A stretch of DNA of 63,951 bases, filler included. It is 4 parts of 4 records of this genome, joined end to end, with 100 filler letters (N's around TTAATTAATTAA, not from the genome) between each part and the next. Parts side by side here need not be neighbours in the genome. Positions count along the whole stretch, not along the records: positions 1 to 15,282 come from SRR22947727_3429; positions 15,383 to 33,601 come from SRR22947727_3430; 2 more parts are not named here. One strand, given 5' to 3'. Positions 8,913 to 19,601 of this stretch are shown piece after piece; the first letter of the stretch is position 1, and each line of letters starts with the position of its first letter. A program made the position numbers and the translations under genes. The notes under the pieces are model-generated. The model had not been told where the DNA came from. It saw only the letters and a list, made by a program, of their open reading frames with translations, and ran no database searches.

Positions 8913-10289
8913 ATGATGGCCCAATCTTCGCAGAATTTCGACTATGATTTGATTGTGATTGGCGCAGGGTCTGGCGGCGTTCGTGCTGGCCGCATCGCCG
9001 CTGGTCATGGTGCCAAGGTTGCGGTGATTGAAGGAGGCCGGCCGGGTGGAACTTGCGTTATCCGTGGTTGTGTACCGAAAAAGCTGTTGATGTATGCGGC
9101 CAGTTTTTCAGCCGATGTTGAAGATGCCCGCGGCTTTGGCTGGCAAATTGATGGATTGTCGCATGATTGGCCTGGCTTGATCGCAGCGAAAGATGCTGAA
9201 ATTGGCCGGTTGGAAAATATTTACCGGTCGCTATTGAAAAATGCTGGCGCTACCTTGATCGAGGGTTGGGGACGAGTCACTGGCCCGAATGAGGTCAGCG
9301 TTGGCGCGGATGTCTATCGTGCTGGCAAAATTTTGATCGCGGTTGGTGGTGCGCCGCAATTCATCGATGTTCCGGGCATGAAAGATCATACCATCAGCTC
9401 GAATGAAGCGCTGGATCTGCCCGAAATGCCAAAGGACATTGCCATTTATGGCAGCGGTTATATTGCGCTTGAATTTGCCGGTATTTTCAACGGGCTTGGG
9501 GCGCGAACCCATTTGATTTATCGAAGTGATTTACCGCTTCGTGGCTTTGATGATGATGTTCGCGCCCATATCGCAACGGCGCTAACCGATCGCGGAATCA
9601 TTCTTCACCCCGAAACCACCATTGATCATGTCACGGCTGAAAATGGCGGCAAGCAGGCGCATCTTAGCGATGGCAGCAGGCTGGCGGTTGATCAGATCAT
9701 GGCGGCGACAGGTCGCAGGCCAAATACTGCCAATCTTGGCCTTGATGATTTGGGGGTCAAGCTTGGCAAACAGGGCGAAATCATTGTTGATGATATGTCA
9801 CAAACAAACCTGCCAAGTCTTTATGCCATTGGTGACGTCACAAACCGAATTAACCTGACACCAGTTGCGATTGCCGAAGGCCACGCCTTTGCCGATAGCG
9901 AATTTGGCAATCGCCCGCGCAAGGCCGATCATGCCAATGTTGCCTCGGCCGTATTCAGCCAGCCACCCATCGCATCGGTTGGCCTGTCTGAAGCCGATGC
10001 AGTCAATATTCATGGCAAGGTCACTATTTTTGAAAGCCAGTTTCGGGCGATGAAAAATACCATTTCGGGACGTGCTGAAAAAACCTATATGAAACTGATT
10101 GTCGACGCGGCAAACGACAAGGTTGTTGGCGTGCATATGATGGGGCCCGATTGCGGTGAAATCATGCAAGGCATTGCGATTGCCGTAAAGATGGGGGCAA
10201 CCAAGGCAGATTTTGACGCCACCATTGGCATTCACCCAACCGCCGCCGAAGAATTCGTGACCATGCGCACACCGCGCAAAGAGGGCTAG
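8913..10289 (+). CDS. gor: Glutathione-disulfide reductase
   Basis: GAGSGG, GGTCVIRGCVPKK, GSGYIALEFA, GIHPTAAEEFVT. Confidence 0.96.
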   Translation: MMAQSSQNFDYDLIVIGAGSGGVRAGRIAAGHGAKVAVIEGGRPGGTCVIRGCVPKKLLMYAASFSADVEDARGFGWQIDGLSHDWPGLIAAKDAEIGRLENIYRSLLKNAGATLIEGWGRVTGPNEVSVGADVYRAGKILIAVGGAPQFIDVPGMKDHTISSNEALDLPEMPKDIAIYGSGYIALEFAGIFNGLGARTHLIYRSDLPLRGFDDDVRAHIATALTDRGIILHPETTIDHVTAENGGKQAHLSDGSRLAVDQIMAATGRRPNTANLGLDDLGVKLGKQGEIIVDDMSQTNLPSLYAIGDVTNRINLTPVAIAEGHAFADSEFGNRPRKADHANVASAVFSQPPIASVGLSEADAVNIHGKVTIFESQFRAMKNTISGRAEKTYMKLIVDAANDKVVGVHMMGPDCGEIMQGIAIAVKMGATKADFDATIGIHPTAAEEFVTMRTPRKEG

Positions 10290-10436
10290 ATATGGCAATT
10301 TCTCGCCAGCCCAGTTATCGGAATAAAGCTTGAAAAAACAGGGCAAATCCGTAATATTGAGCTGTAATTCCAATGAAAGGGGTGGGGTCGGTTGTGCCGT
10401 TCGCAAGCCATCTCACCTTAAAAGGACTAAAATCAA

Positions 10437-11816
10437 ATGACTTGGCAACCAAATAGCTGGCGCAGTTTTCCAATTCAACAAGTGCCGGAATATCCTGATC
10501 TTGACCGGCTGAATGCTGTTGAAAAGATTATTTCGGGTCGTCCACCGCTGGTTTTCGCCGGTGAGGCGCAAAGCCTTCGCGACCGGCTTGGCAGTGTGGC
10601 GCGTGGAGAGGCGTTTTTGTTGCAAGGCGGTGACTGCGCCGAAAGCTTTGCCGAATTTTCAGCAAATAACATTCGCGACAGCTTTAAAGTCATGTTGCAG
10701 ATGGCGGTGGTGCTGACCTATGGCGCTTCGATGCCGGTGATCAAAATCGGCCGGATGGCGGGTCAATTTGCCAAGCCACGTTCGGCGCCTACCGAAGTGA
10801 TTGATGGTGTCGAATTGCCAAGCTATCGCGGCGATATGATCAATGGGCCAGCCTTTACCGAAGATGAACGTATCCCTGATCCGCGGCGCTTACTTCGCGT
10901 TTACGAACAATCAGCATCAACCTTGAATTTGCTTCGCGCCTTTGCCCAAGGCGGGCTTGCCGATCTGACCAAGGTGCATAGCTGGGTGGCTGACTTTTTG
11001 AAAGACACGCCGCAAACACAGCGTTTTGAAGCGCTGGCCGAACGCATCGAAGAAAGCCTGAATTTCATGAAGGCTTGCGGGGTAACATCGGCAACGGCGC
11101 GTCCGCTTGCCGAAACCGAGCTTTACACCAGCCATGAGGCACTTCTTCTTGGGTTTGAAGAGGCCATGACGCGCCGCGATACTATTACTGACGAGCAAGG
11201 ATGGTACGACACATCGGCACATATGTTGTGGATTGGCGACCGGACTCGCCAGCCTGATGGCGCACATGTTGAATATATGCGCGGCATTTCCAATCCGATT
11301 GGCCTGAAATGTGGGCCAAGCCTTGATCCTGACGAGTTGCTGCGCTTGATTGATATCTTGAACCCAAGCAATCAGGCCGGCCGGTTGACCTTGATTGTTC
11401 GGATGGGCGCGGAAAAGGTGCGAAGCGGTTTGCCACCACTTTTGCGGGCGGTCAAGGCGCATGGGGCGAATGTTGTATGGTGCTGTGATCCGATGCATGG
11501 CAATACCATCAAGGCCAGCAGCGGCTATAAGACACGCCGTGTTGATGATGTGATGGCGGAAGTGACTGGCTTTTTTGACGCCCATGATGAGATTGGCACT
11601 TATCCGGGCGGCGTGCATTTCGAAATGACAGGTCAGAATGTCACCGAATGCGTTGGCGGTGTTGTCGATGTGACCGAGGCCAACCTTGGCGATCGCTATC
11701 ACACGCATTGTGACCCGCGGTTGAATGGGGCGCAGGCGCTTGAACTTGCATTTCTTCTTGCCGATTTGCTGAAACGTCGGCGCGATGTACCGTCTTATAT
11801 GTCCAAGGCCGTATAA
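10437..11816 (+). CDS. Class II DAHP synthase (3-deoxy-7-phosphoheptulonate synthase)
   Basis: [44 protein letters not shown]. Confidence 0.96.
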   Translation: MTWQPNSWRSFPIQQVPEYPDLDRLNAVEKIISGRPPLVFAGEAQSLRDRLGSVARGEAFLLQGGDCAESFAEFSANNIRDSFKVMLQMAVVLTYGASMPVIKIGRMAGQFAKPRSAPTEVIDGVELPSYRGDMINGPAFTEDERIPDPRRLLRVYEQSASTLNLLRAFAQGGLADLTKVHSWVADFLKDTPQTQRFEALAERIEESLNFMKACGVTSATARPLAETELYTSHEALLLGFEEAMTRRDTITDEQGWYDTSAHMLWIGDRTRQPDGAHVEYMRGISNPIGLKCGPSLDPDELLRLIDILNPSNQAGRLTLIVRMGAEKVRSGLPPLLRAVKAHGANVVWCCDPMHGNTIKASSGYKTRRVDDVMAEVTGFFDAHDEIGTYPGGVHFEMTGQNVTECVGGVVDVTEANLGDRYHTHCDPRLNGAQALELAFLLADLLKRRRDVPSYMSKAV

Positions 11817-11890
11817 AGGATCAAAGGCTTTGTCATACGCTGTTGAGATTTGCGTCGGCGGTCTTGATCCATTTTTAACAAGGTAGACTG

Positions 11891-13027
11891 ATGGCAAAAT
11901 TTGCGAGCAGCGGGCCGACTCCGGAAATTCAGCCGAGTCTAACCGATACCTATTTCAATCACACACGCAAAGTCGTCATGGCAAATGGTGATTGCGAAGT
12001 CACCTATGCGGTTTTCATGCGGCGTCCGGTTACCTTTGCCGGACGTTTGGCCATCGAATGGATTACCGCCATGGCGCAATCCCGCGGTGCCACCTTGAAA
12101 ATCGAACAGCTTTATGTTGAAGGGGCATGGATTGGTGCTGGCGAGCCGATGTGTTATGTCACCGGCCCCTTTTCGGTTCTTGTCGACCTTGAAACGATTT
12201 TTCTGCAACGCCTTGGGCCAGCCTGTGTCGCTGCCTATAACGCCTATAATATGTGCATGGAATTGCCGAATGTGGCGTTTCTGGCGATGGATGCCCGCCA
12301 TTGTGCCGGCAGTGAAATGGCCGAACTTATGGCTTATGGTGCGTCGGTTGGCGCTGCCAAGGCCAAGGCCAAAGCCAATGCCATTGGCTTTGTTGGTTGT
12401 GCCGCCGATGCAACCGCGCATTTCTTTGGTCAGGAAAAGGGCAGGGGAACAATGCCGCATGCCCTGATTGGCTATGCTGGATCAACCGTTCGTGCCGCCG
12501 AAATGTTTCACCAGACCGTGCCCGATGCGCCTTTGACGGTGCTGGTTGACTATTTTGGTCAAGAAATCACCGATGGGCTTGCCGTGGCCGCGCATTTTCA
12601 TGATCACAGTAAGGCAGGCACCTTATCGCTTCGTCTTGATACGCATGGTGGCCGCTATGTTGAAGGGCTTGACACCCAATCATCTTATGCGGTTTTGGAA
12701 CGCAATGTTCCGCAGGCTTTGCGTGGCTATCGAACCGAAGATGAATTGCGTTTGCTCCTTGGAACAGGCGTAAGTGCGGCAGCAGTTTGGCATATGCGCG
12801 AACAGCTTGATAGCAACGGCTTTGACAAGGTGAAAATTGTTGCTTCCAGCGGGTTTGGTCCCGATAAATGCCGTGTTTTTGCCCTTGCCAATGCGCCGGT
12901 TGACGTGATTGGAACCGGATCATATTTGCCGCAAATCTGGTCGCAAACCTATGCGACAGCGGATATTGTTGCCTATGATGGCAAGCCACGGGTCAAGGCT
13001 GGCCGTGAATTTCTTTTGTATAAGTAA
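11891..13027 (+). CDS. pncB: Nicotinate phosphoribosyltransferase
   Basis: TDTYF, GTMPHA, LRLDTHG and VASSGF motifs; adjacent to nadE. Confidence 0.85.
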   Translation: MAKFASSGPTPEIQPSLTDTYFNHTRKVVMANGDCEVTYAVFMRRPVTFAGRLAIEWITAMAQSRGATLKIEQLYVEGAWIGAGEPMCYVTGPFSVLVDLETIFLQRLGPACVAAYNAYNMCMELPNVAFLAMDARHCAGSEMAELMAYGASVGAAKAKAKANAIGFVGCAADATAHFFGQEKGRGTMPHALIGYAGSTVRAAEMFHQTVPDAPLTVLVDYFGQEITDGLAVAAHFHDHSKAGTLSLRLDTHGGRYVEGLDTQSSYAVLERNVPQALRGYRTEDELRLLLGTGVSAAAVWHMREQLDSNGFDKVKIVASSGFGPDKCRVFALANAPVDVIGTGSYLPQIWSQTYATADIVAYDGKPRVKAGREFLLYK

Positions 13028-13042
13028 AAGGTTGATTGTTTC

Positions 13043-14704
13043 ATGACAAAGCCGGTTTTAATCGCGCTCGCCCAATTGAATGCGCATCTTGGCAATGTAA
13101 ATGCCAATGTCAGCCGTCTTGCCGAGGCACGGACGCAGGCTGCGGCTCATGGCGCTGAAATCATTGTCACCCCTGAAATGTATCTTTCCGGTTATCCTTG
13201 TGATGATCTTGTGCTTCGGGCTGATTTTATGGCTGATGTTGCTGCAGGTATTGATGCATTGGCACAGCTTACCGCCGATGGGGGTCCGGCAATTGTTGTT
13301 GGCGCGCCGGTTGCCGCTGATGGCGCTATTTATAATTCGGTTTTCATTCTTGATGGCGGTGCCCAGCTTGCCCGATTTGACAAGGTGAATTTGCCAAATT
13401 ACGGCGTGTTTGATGATAAGCGCAATTTTGCCGCTGGTCAGATGCCCGGCCCGGCGATGCTGCGAGGGCTGAAAATAGGCTTTCCAATCTGCGAAGATAT
13501 CTGGGAGGCGAATGTTGCCGAATGTCTTGAAGAATCAGGTGCCGATCTTATCATTGCAATCAATGCGTCACCATTTGACATGACCAAGCCCGAACGCCGC
13601 ATGTCAACAATTGTGGCGCGAACCGTCGAAACCGGCCTGCCGGTTGCCTATGTCAATATGGTTGGTGGGCAGGATGAGCTTGTTTATGACGGCGGGTCTT
13701 TTGCAATCAATGCTGGTGGCAAGCTTGCCTGTCATTTGCCAAGCTTTTCTGAATCAATTGTGGTTGTTTCAGCGCAGAAAACAGCGGGCATGGTCACGCT
13801 TGCCGGCCAGATTTCGCCGCCCGATGGTGATTTGACCGCGCTTTATCGCGGTCTATGTCTTGGGCTTCGTGACTATGTCCATAAAAATGGGTTTCCGGGG
13901 GTTGTTCTTGGCTTGTCGGGCGGTATTGATTCGGCGCTGGTTGCCGCACTTGCTGTTGACGCGCTTGGCGCGGATGCGGTTCATGCGGTTATGATGCCGT
14001 CGGCCTATACAAGCCAAGAAAGCCTTGATGATGCTGCCGAATTGGCAAGCGCCCTTGGCATCCGGCTTGATAATATTGCGATAACCCCGGCAATTGGCGC
14101 ACTTGACCAGATGCTGGCCGAACAATTTGCCGGTACCGAACCGAATGTCGCCGAAGAAAATATCCAGTCGCGTTTGCGCGGATTAATTTTGATGGGCATC
14201 TCGAACAAACATGGGTCAATGGTGCTGGCGACAGGTAATAAATCCGAATATGCGGCTGGCTATTCAACGCTTTATGGCGATATGTGCGGCGGCTATGCCC
14301 CGCTAAAGGATGTTTGGAAAGTTGATGTGTTCCGGCTCTGTGACTGGCGCAATCAGCATTTGCCGCGCGGGGCGGCTGGCCCTGATGGTATTGTGATCCC
14401 GCAACGCATCATCGACAAGCCACCATCAGCCGAATTGCGCCCTGACCAGAAAGACACTGACTCGCTGCCGCCTTATGACCGGCTGGATGCGATCATGGCG
14501 GCTTTGTGTGAAGACATGACCGATATCGAAACGATTGTTGGCCGTGGCTATGAACGGGATGAAGTTGTGCGGGCAAGCCAGCTTTTATTCCGTGCCGAAT
14601 ATAAACGGTTTCAGGCTGCACCGGGTCCAAAAATGACGCCAGTTGCTTTTGGTCGTGATCGCCGTCTTCCCTTGACCTCTGGCTTTAACCCGATAAAACC
14701 CTAA
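13043..14704 (+). CDS. nadE: Glutamine-dependent NAD+ synthetase
   Basis: N-terminal nitrilase domain (PEMYLSGY, KVNLPNY, ICEDIW); GLSGGIDS, TGNKSE, PPSAEL. Confidence 0.96.
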   Translation: MTKPVLIALAQLNAHLGNVNANVSRLAEARTQAAAHGAEIIVTPEMYLSGYPCDDLVLRADFMADVAAGIDALAQLTADGGPAIVVGAPVAADGAIYNSVFILDGGAQLARFDKVNLPNYGVFDDKRNFAAGQMPGPAMLRGLKIGFPICEDIWEANVAECLEESGADLIIAINASPFDMTKPERRMSTIVARTVETGLPVAYVNMVGGQDELVYDGGSFAINAGGKLACHLPSFSESIVVVSAQKTAGMVTLAGQISPPDGDLTALYRGLCLGLRDYVHKNGFPGVVLGLSGGIDSALVAALAVDALGADAVHAVMMPSAYTSQESLDDAAELASALGIRLDNIAITPAIGALDQMLAEQFAGTEPNVAEENIQSRLRGLILMGISNKHGSMVLATGNKSEYAAGYSTLYGDMCGGYAPLKDVWKVDVFRLCDWRNQHLPRGAAGPDGIVIPQRIIDKPPSAELRPDQKDTDSLPPYDRLDAIMAALCEDMTDIETIVGRGYERDEVVRASQLLFRAEYKRFQAAPGPKMTPVAFGRDRRLPLTSGFNPIKP

Positions 14705-14782
14705 CGAGTCACAATATATGGCAAGCCAGCAAACTGGCTGCCGCTTGCAAAGACTGGCCAAGTGCCAAAGAGGAGTCGTTTG

Positions 14783-15282
14783 ATGATTGCAATCAAAGTC
14801 CGTTTTGCCCCAAGCCCAACTGGGCGATTGCATGTCGGCAATTTACGGACGGCCTTAGTAAATTACCTGTTTGCACGCAAGACTGGCGGCCAATTCATGC
14901 TTCGGATTGATGATACTGATACCGAGCGGTCTAGCGAAGCGTTTGAAGCCGATATCCGTGCCGATCTTGACTGGATGGGAATGGGTTGGGATTGCGAGGA
15001 TCGTCAATCATTGCGCCTTGCGCGCTATGATGAGGCATTGGCCCAGCTTGTTGCGGCTGGCCGTGCCTATGCTTGTTATGAAACACCTGAAGAATTATCA
15101 CTCAAGCGCAAAGCGCAATTATCGGCTGGCCGCCCGCCGGTCTATGACCGTGCTGGCCTGAAACTAAGTGCCGAGGATAAAGCAAAATTTGAAGCCAATG
15201 GCCAACGTCCACATTGGCGGTTTTTGCTGAATGATGCCGAGGTCAGTTGGCATGACATGGTACGTGGCGATGTTGCCTATCA
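14783..15282 (+). CDS. gltX: Glutamate--tRNA ligase, 5' part (truncated at contig end)
   Basis: RFAPSPTGRLHVGN and LRIDDTD motifs. Confidence 0.93.
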
Positions 15283-15382
15283 NNNNNNNNNNNNNNNNNN
15301 NNNNNNNNNNNNNNNNNNNNNNNNNNTTAATTAATTAANNNNNNNNNNNNNNNNNNNNNNNNNNNNNNNNNNNNNNNNNNNN
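15283..15382. other. Artificial contig-joining spacer
   Basis: N44-TTAATTAATTAA-N44. Confidence 0.99.
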
Positions 15383-15567
15383 GACCTTGGGTGACTTGGC
15401 CTTGAGTGACTTGGCTTGTAGTCAATTGTCTGAAATGAACCCTCTCGACGCGGATAACAGGCTCAACGCCACCGTGAGGGTAACGTCAGAATCGCCTTGG
15501 CAATTTGACCGCTGTGCCTCCCACGGCAGCGCCACATCCGTCGTCTCACCTAGGACTAACCTAGCGC

Positions 15568-15987
15568 CTACATAGCAAGCCATTTGATGACTTCTAGGAT
15601 GATCATTGCCAAGAGTATCAGCGACGACAGCGCGAAAATCGCTGCCCGCCAGGACACGTTATTCACGGTTAATTGCACGATCGAGTGCACCACGCGGGTG
15701 ACAACATAGGCCCAGCCCAGCGACACGCTCAGCGCAGTAGCGGTTCCGGCTAAATGAATAGTGATCACCGTCGCATAGTAGAGCGTGGGCTGTTCCAGAA
15801 GGTGATTATAGTTATCGGTGACGTACCGCATTCTCGCGGGTAAGTGGGGACGCATCTCGTCAGAATGCATCGCTCGCTGAAGATTCCCCCAATATTTCAA
15901 TACCACCGGTATGCGTGTCGCCATTAACATCGCCATAACACAGCCAGACCATGCAATCATTGCCAGCAATGGACTCAACATATCCAT
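15568..15987 (-). CDS. MAPEG family membrane protein
   Basis: NYNHLLEQPTLYY and WAYVVTRVVHS motifs, 4 TM segments. Confidence 0.88.
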   Translation of the reverse strand: MDMLSPLLAMIAWSGCVMAMLMATRIPVVLKYWGNLQRAMHSDEMRPHLPARMRYVTDNYNHLLEQPTLYYATVITIHLAGTATALSVSLGWAYVVTRVVHSIVQLTVNNVSWRAAIFALSSLILLAMIILEVIKWLAM

Positions 15988-16058
15988 TAACTTCCTCCTG
16001 TCACGTCATTCAGGCTCAAAATGCCATTGGCGAGGCAATAGTGTCGACCACATCACTA

Positions 16059-17033
16059 TCACTGCGCCGACCACTGCGCCGACCACAGCGCCAACACCGC
16101 GCGCAGCGCACCCACAAAGGCAATGGGTTCATCTAACATCAAATGATGACGGGCGCCCGGAATGCCTATGGTCGGCGTGTCGGTCGCACCACACTCTTTA
16201 ACATAATCGGCAGAATCATCATCAAACAGCAGACTGTCTTGCCCGTACACAATGGCTTTACGCCCCGGCGTTTCGGCAATCACATGGCCGAGCCGCAGCA
16301 TCCCCTCTTGCTGACCGAACTCGCCTTGAAACACGCCCGCATCAAACTTCCAGGTCCAGCCACCTTCAACCTGCTTGAGCGAGTGATAGGCCATGTAGTC
16401 GAACAAAGCAGGAACCGTCACGGGTTGCGGGGGTGACAACACGAAACGGCTGCGGGCCGTCTCATAGTCAGGGTAGATACGATTCGGGCGCGCCGGCCCG
16501 TCGCGCAGTGGCTTTTCAGCGGCAAAAAAAGCCTTCACTCGCTCGGGGCGCAGCAACATTAAATCGCAAATAATGACTCCACCAAACAGATCATGCTGAT
16601 CCTGCATCGCCGTTATGGCCACATGACCGCCATAAGAATGTGCAATCACGATGGGTTTTACCGCGTGCTCAAACAACCCCGTCGCGCGGGCCACATCTTC
16701 CACCTCGGCGGCACGAACGGCATTGGTATACTGATCTCGCGGATCAGAATCGCCCATGCCAGAAAAATCAAACGCCACGACGTGATAATGCTCGGCCAAA
16801 AAAGGGGCAATAAAGGCAAAGCAGCGAGCATGCGCTAAGAATCCATGCATCAGCAATAGCCCAGGATTCTCCGGGTTGCCCCAACGAAAGTAATGAATAT
16901 TGGCACCGCCCGATGTTACCCAGCCCTCCTCGCGGGGCACTTGCAGGGCGTCTTTTAGCCACGCAGGCGCGTCGACCGTATCGGTCGGTAGCTCACGTGC
17001 AAGATCAGGTATAGCGGTTACGGCTGTCTTCAC
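16059..17033 (-). CDS. Alpha/beta fold hydrolase
   Basis: HGFLAH, DFSGMGDS, nucleophile elbow AHSYGG, catalytic His in ARHHLM. Confidence 0.9.
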   Translation of the reverse strand: MKTAVTAIPDLARELPTDTVDAPAWLKDALQVPREEGWVTSGGANIHYFRWGNPENPGLLLMHGFLAHARCFAFIAPFLAEHYHVVAFDFSGMGDSDPRDQYTNAVRAAEVEDVARATGLFEHAVKPIVIAHSYGGHVAITAMQDQHDLFGGVIICDLMLLRPERVKAFFAAEKPLRDGPARPNRIYPDYETARSRFVLSPPQPVTVPALFDYMAYHSLKQVEGGWTWKFDAGVFQGEFGQQEGMLRLGHVIAETPGRKAIVYGQDSLLFDDDSADYVKECGATDTPTIGIPGARHHLMLDEPIAFVGALRAVLALWSAQWSAQ

Positions 17034-17336
17034 AGGTGTCCCTTATCGGCCGCTTAGGCGAATCAAAAAAGTGTTGGGTACCACGGCGTCGATGCAGACA
17101 CTCCGCATCGAGGTAGTTTACAAGAGGAGCACGGGCGGAGCCACACAGGATATGGCATCGCTTGCCCTTCAACCTCACGCGTCATCCCACGTTATGCCTC
17201 GCCTAACAACGTATGTGCCTCGCCCGCCTAGACTGCACAGGGGGCGCCCACGCAACCGTGCCCGCAACATTATGCGCTGCGGCTTGGCGCCTAATGAGGA
17301 CTACCCCCGAATGACAATAGCGCGGCGCAATTGGCC

Positions 17337-17993
17337 TTAAAAACTCATTTCGGGTATTTCACCCTCAACGACAAGCGCTCCTTCGGTGAGGGCGATGATC
17401 TCTTCGACACTGACACCCGGCGCCCGCTCTCGCAAAATAAATTGTCCGTTATCAATATCTAACAAAGCCAAGTCTGTGAGCACACGTTTAATGCAACCTT
17501 TGCCGGTCAGCGGCAACGTGCATTCTGATAACAGTTTTGATTGTCCTGACTTAGACGCGTGGGTCATGGTCACAATGATCTTCTCAGCACCCGCAACTAG
17601 GTCCATCGCACCACCCATGCCTTTGACCAGTTTTCCTGGGATCATGTACGACGCAATGTTGCCCATGCAGTCCACCTCAAAAGCGCCCAGCACCGTCAGG
17701 TCAACATGGCCACCTCGAATCATCGCAAAGGATTCCGCAGAGCAAAACAAAGACGCCCCTGTCACCATGGTCACCGTCTGCTTGCCCGCATTAATCAGAT
17801 CCGGGTCGACTTCTTCCTCTAAAGGAAACTGCCCCATGCCCAGTAGCCCATTCTCAGACTGCAGCATGACCTCCATCCCTTCGGGGATGTAATTAGCCGC
17901 TAATGTGGGGATCCCAATGCCGAGATTGACGTAATAACCGTCTCTAAATTCTTGCGCAACACGTTGCGCTAGCTGTTCACGCGTTAATGCCAT
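17337..17993 (-). CDS. scoB: 3-oxoacid CoA-transferase subunit B
   Basis: NLGIGIPT, QSENG, GMGGAMDL; start set at MALTRE. Confidence 0.95.
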   Translation of the reverse strand: MALTREQLAQRVAQEFRDGYYVNLGIGIPTLAANYIPEGMEVMLQSENGLLGMGQFPLEEEVDPDLINAGKQTVTMVTGASLFCSAESFAMIRGGHVDLTVLGAFEVDCMGNIASYMIPGKLVKGMGGAMDLVAGAEKIIVTMTHASKSGQSKLLSECTLPLTGKGCIKRVLTDLALLDIDNGQFILRERAPGVSVEEIIALTEGALVVEGEIPEMSF

Positions 17994-18006
17994 CGTTAGA
18001 CCCCCC

Positions 18007-18708
18007 TCATGCGTCACGCACTGTTCGTTGTTCGATGCGCTTCTCAAATGTGCCTTGTATTAGTCGGTTGACATAAATGCCGGGCAAATGGATTTCGTCT
18101 GGATCGAGCTGACCCACCTCCACGATCTCTTCAACCTCCACCACGGCGATCTTGCCAGCGGTGATGGCCAATGGATTAAAGTTGCGCGCGGTTTTTCGAA
18201 ACATCAAATTACCGTAACGATCGGCTTTCCACGCCTTGGCGATCGAAAAGTCGCCTCGCAGCGCCTCTTCGAGAATATAGTGGCGGCCATTAAACGACCT
18301 GACCTCTTTGCCTTCGCCCACCGGGGTGCCGTATCCCGTGGCCGTATAAAAAGCTGGAATCCCTGCACCACCCGCTCGCATTTTTTCAGCCAACGTTCCC
18401 TGAGGAGTGAGTTCAACCTCTAGCTCACCACTCAGTAATTGCTGCTCAAATAACGCGTTTTCCCCCACATAAGAGGCAATCATTTTTTTGATCTGCTTGT
18501 CTTCCAGCAGCAAGCCCAAACCCGCACCGTCGACGCCTGCATTATTGCTGGCAATGGTGAGGCCCTTGGTGCCGAGGCGCTTGATTTCTTTGATGAGGTT
18601 CTCGGGGATTCCACACAGACCGAAACCGCCAGCGATGATGGTCATATTGTCATCGAGGCCAGCCAAAGCCTCTTTATAGCTACTGACCGTCTTATCTAAC
18701 CCAGACAT
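18007..18708 (-). CDS. scoA: 3-oxoacid CoA-transferase subunit A
   Basis: [27 protein letters not shown]. Confidence 0.95.
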   Translation of the reverse strand: MSGLDKTVSSYKEALAGLDDNMTIIAGGFGLCGIPENLIKEIKRLGTKGLTIASNNAGVDGAGLGLLLEDKQIKKMIASYVGENALFEQQLLSGELEVELTPQGTLAEKMRAGGAGIPAFYTATGYGTPVGEGKEVRSFNGRHYILEEALRGDFSIAKAWKADRYGNLMFRKTARNFNPLAITAGKIAVVEVEEIVEVGQLDPDEIHLPGIYVNRLIQGTFEKRIEQRTVRDA

Positions 18709-18985
18709 GTTGCACTCCCATCAGTAATGCACCGGCATGATTGTCCAACGTGCAAGAGCCAGTGATAGTAATAGAGTTGCCTATTTTTATACATTCATAA
18801 GTTGCGATATTATCAGCGCCGCCCTTGTGGGTGCCGACCAGACTCCCGCAATGGCTCCTCTCCTCTCCGCTCTGATCGACTCACCGAGAGATTGATGACG
18901 CAAACCCTCATGGAACACAGCGGCAAGGTGGGGATATCTTGCGTGTGGGGCGCTGTAATTAGCGGGTGCACACTACGCCGCTTTC

Positions 18986-19016
18986 AAAAAAAAAAGGCGC
19001 ACCGGAGTGCGCCTTT
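18986..19016 (-). terminator. Rho-independent terminator
   Basis: AAAGGCGCAC-TCCG-GTGCGCCTTT hairpin with long U-tract on the minus strand, after ORF 19046-19480. Confidence 0.88.
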
Positions 19017-19045
19017 AACGGTAATCTCATGATCGCGGTCAGCGC

Positions 19046-19480
19046 TCACTTCACAATATAGACATCGTGAGTCAGTTCACGAGTGAACGCATTAAATACA
19101 ATCTTGTCTAGATTCTGCGTGCCATCATTAATCCTGAACAATACGTGCATCGTGAACGTTGTGCCATCACGAGTGTAAGCGCCGATGCCAGCACCCGAAG
19201 CAAAAGAACCGTCTTGCAATGCGCCTCTGCCCTCTCCCATTACCGTACCGGACAGGCCATTTGCATCGGCTGTCAGCGCGTAAGTCAGATAAACCCGTCC
19301 ATATTCGCCCATTTGGCCCTCAGCAGTGATCGTGCCACCGCCTTGGGTCAAATTGACCGACGTCACCGTCATCTCAGTGCTATCTTGCCGCTGCTCAAAA
19401 GAGAGCATATTGCCGTGACCGTCAGCGACTGCCGAGCCAGCGAACCCTAGAACCAAAATGGCTAAAAATAAGTGCTTCAT
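19046..19480 (-). CDS. Secreted hypothetical protein (beta-rich)
   Basis: RBS AAGGAG, signal peptide MKHLFLAILVLGFAGSAVA, own terminator. Confidence 0.8.
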   Translation of the reverse strand: MKHLFLAILVLGFAGSAVADGHGNMLSFEQRQDSTEMTVTSVNLTQGGGTITAEGQMGEYGRVYLTYALTADANGLSGTVMGEGRGALQDGSFASGAGIGAYTRDGTTFTMHVLFRINDGTQNLDKIVFNAFTRELTHDVYIVK

Positions 19481-19601
19481 GTCGAACTCCTTTTGCTGTT
19501 TTCGCAGTGTCAAAACCGAGTCACCTGCTGCTCACTCGCCAAGCTCACAACAGCAACTCGCTCATTATCGATTCATACTAGCGCACTGACCCAGTGACCC
19601 C

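Noticed and set aside
10917-11897. 326-aa antisense ORF and similar shadow ORFs throughout the window
   Set aside because: They lie opposite well-supported genes and have no motifs, as expected from codon bias
15327-15338. TTAATTAATTAA palindromic repeat occurring three times
   Set aside because: Synthetic linker, not biological
16059-16095. 12-bp tandem repeat giving WSAQWSAQ at the hydrolase C-terminus
   Set aside because: A local slippage duplication at the stop codon with no evident function
5772-18708. Ketone-body utilisation cluster (acetoacetate-CoA ligase plus scoAB)
   Set aside because: The genes are on different contigs from apparently different organisms
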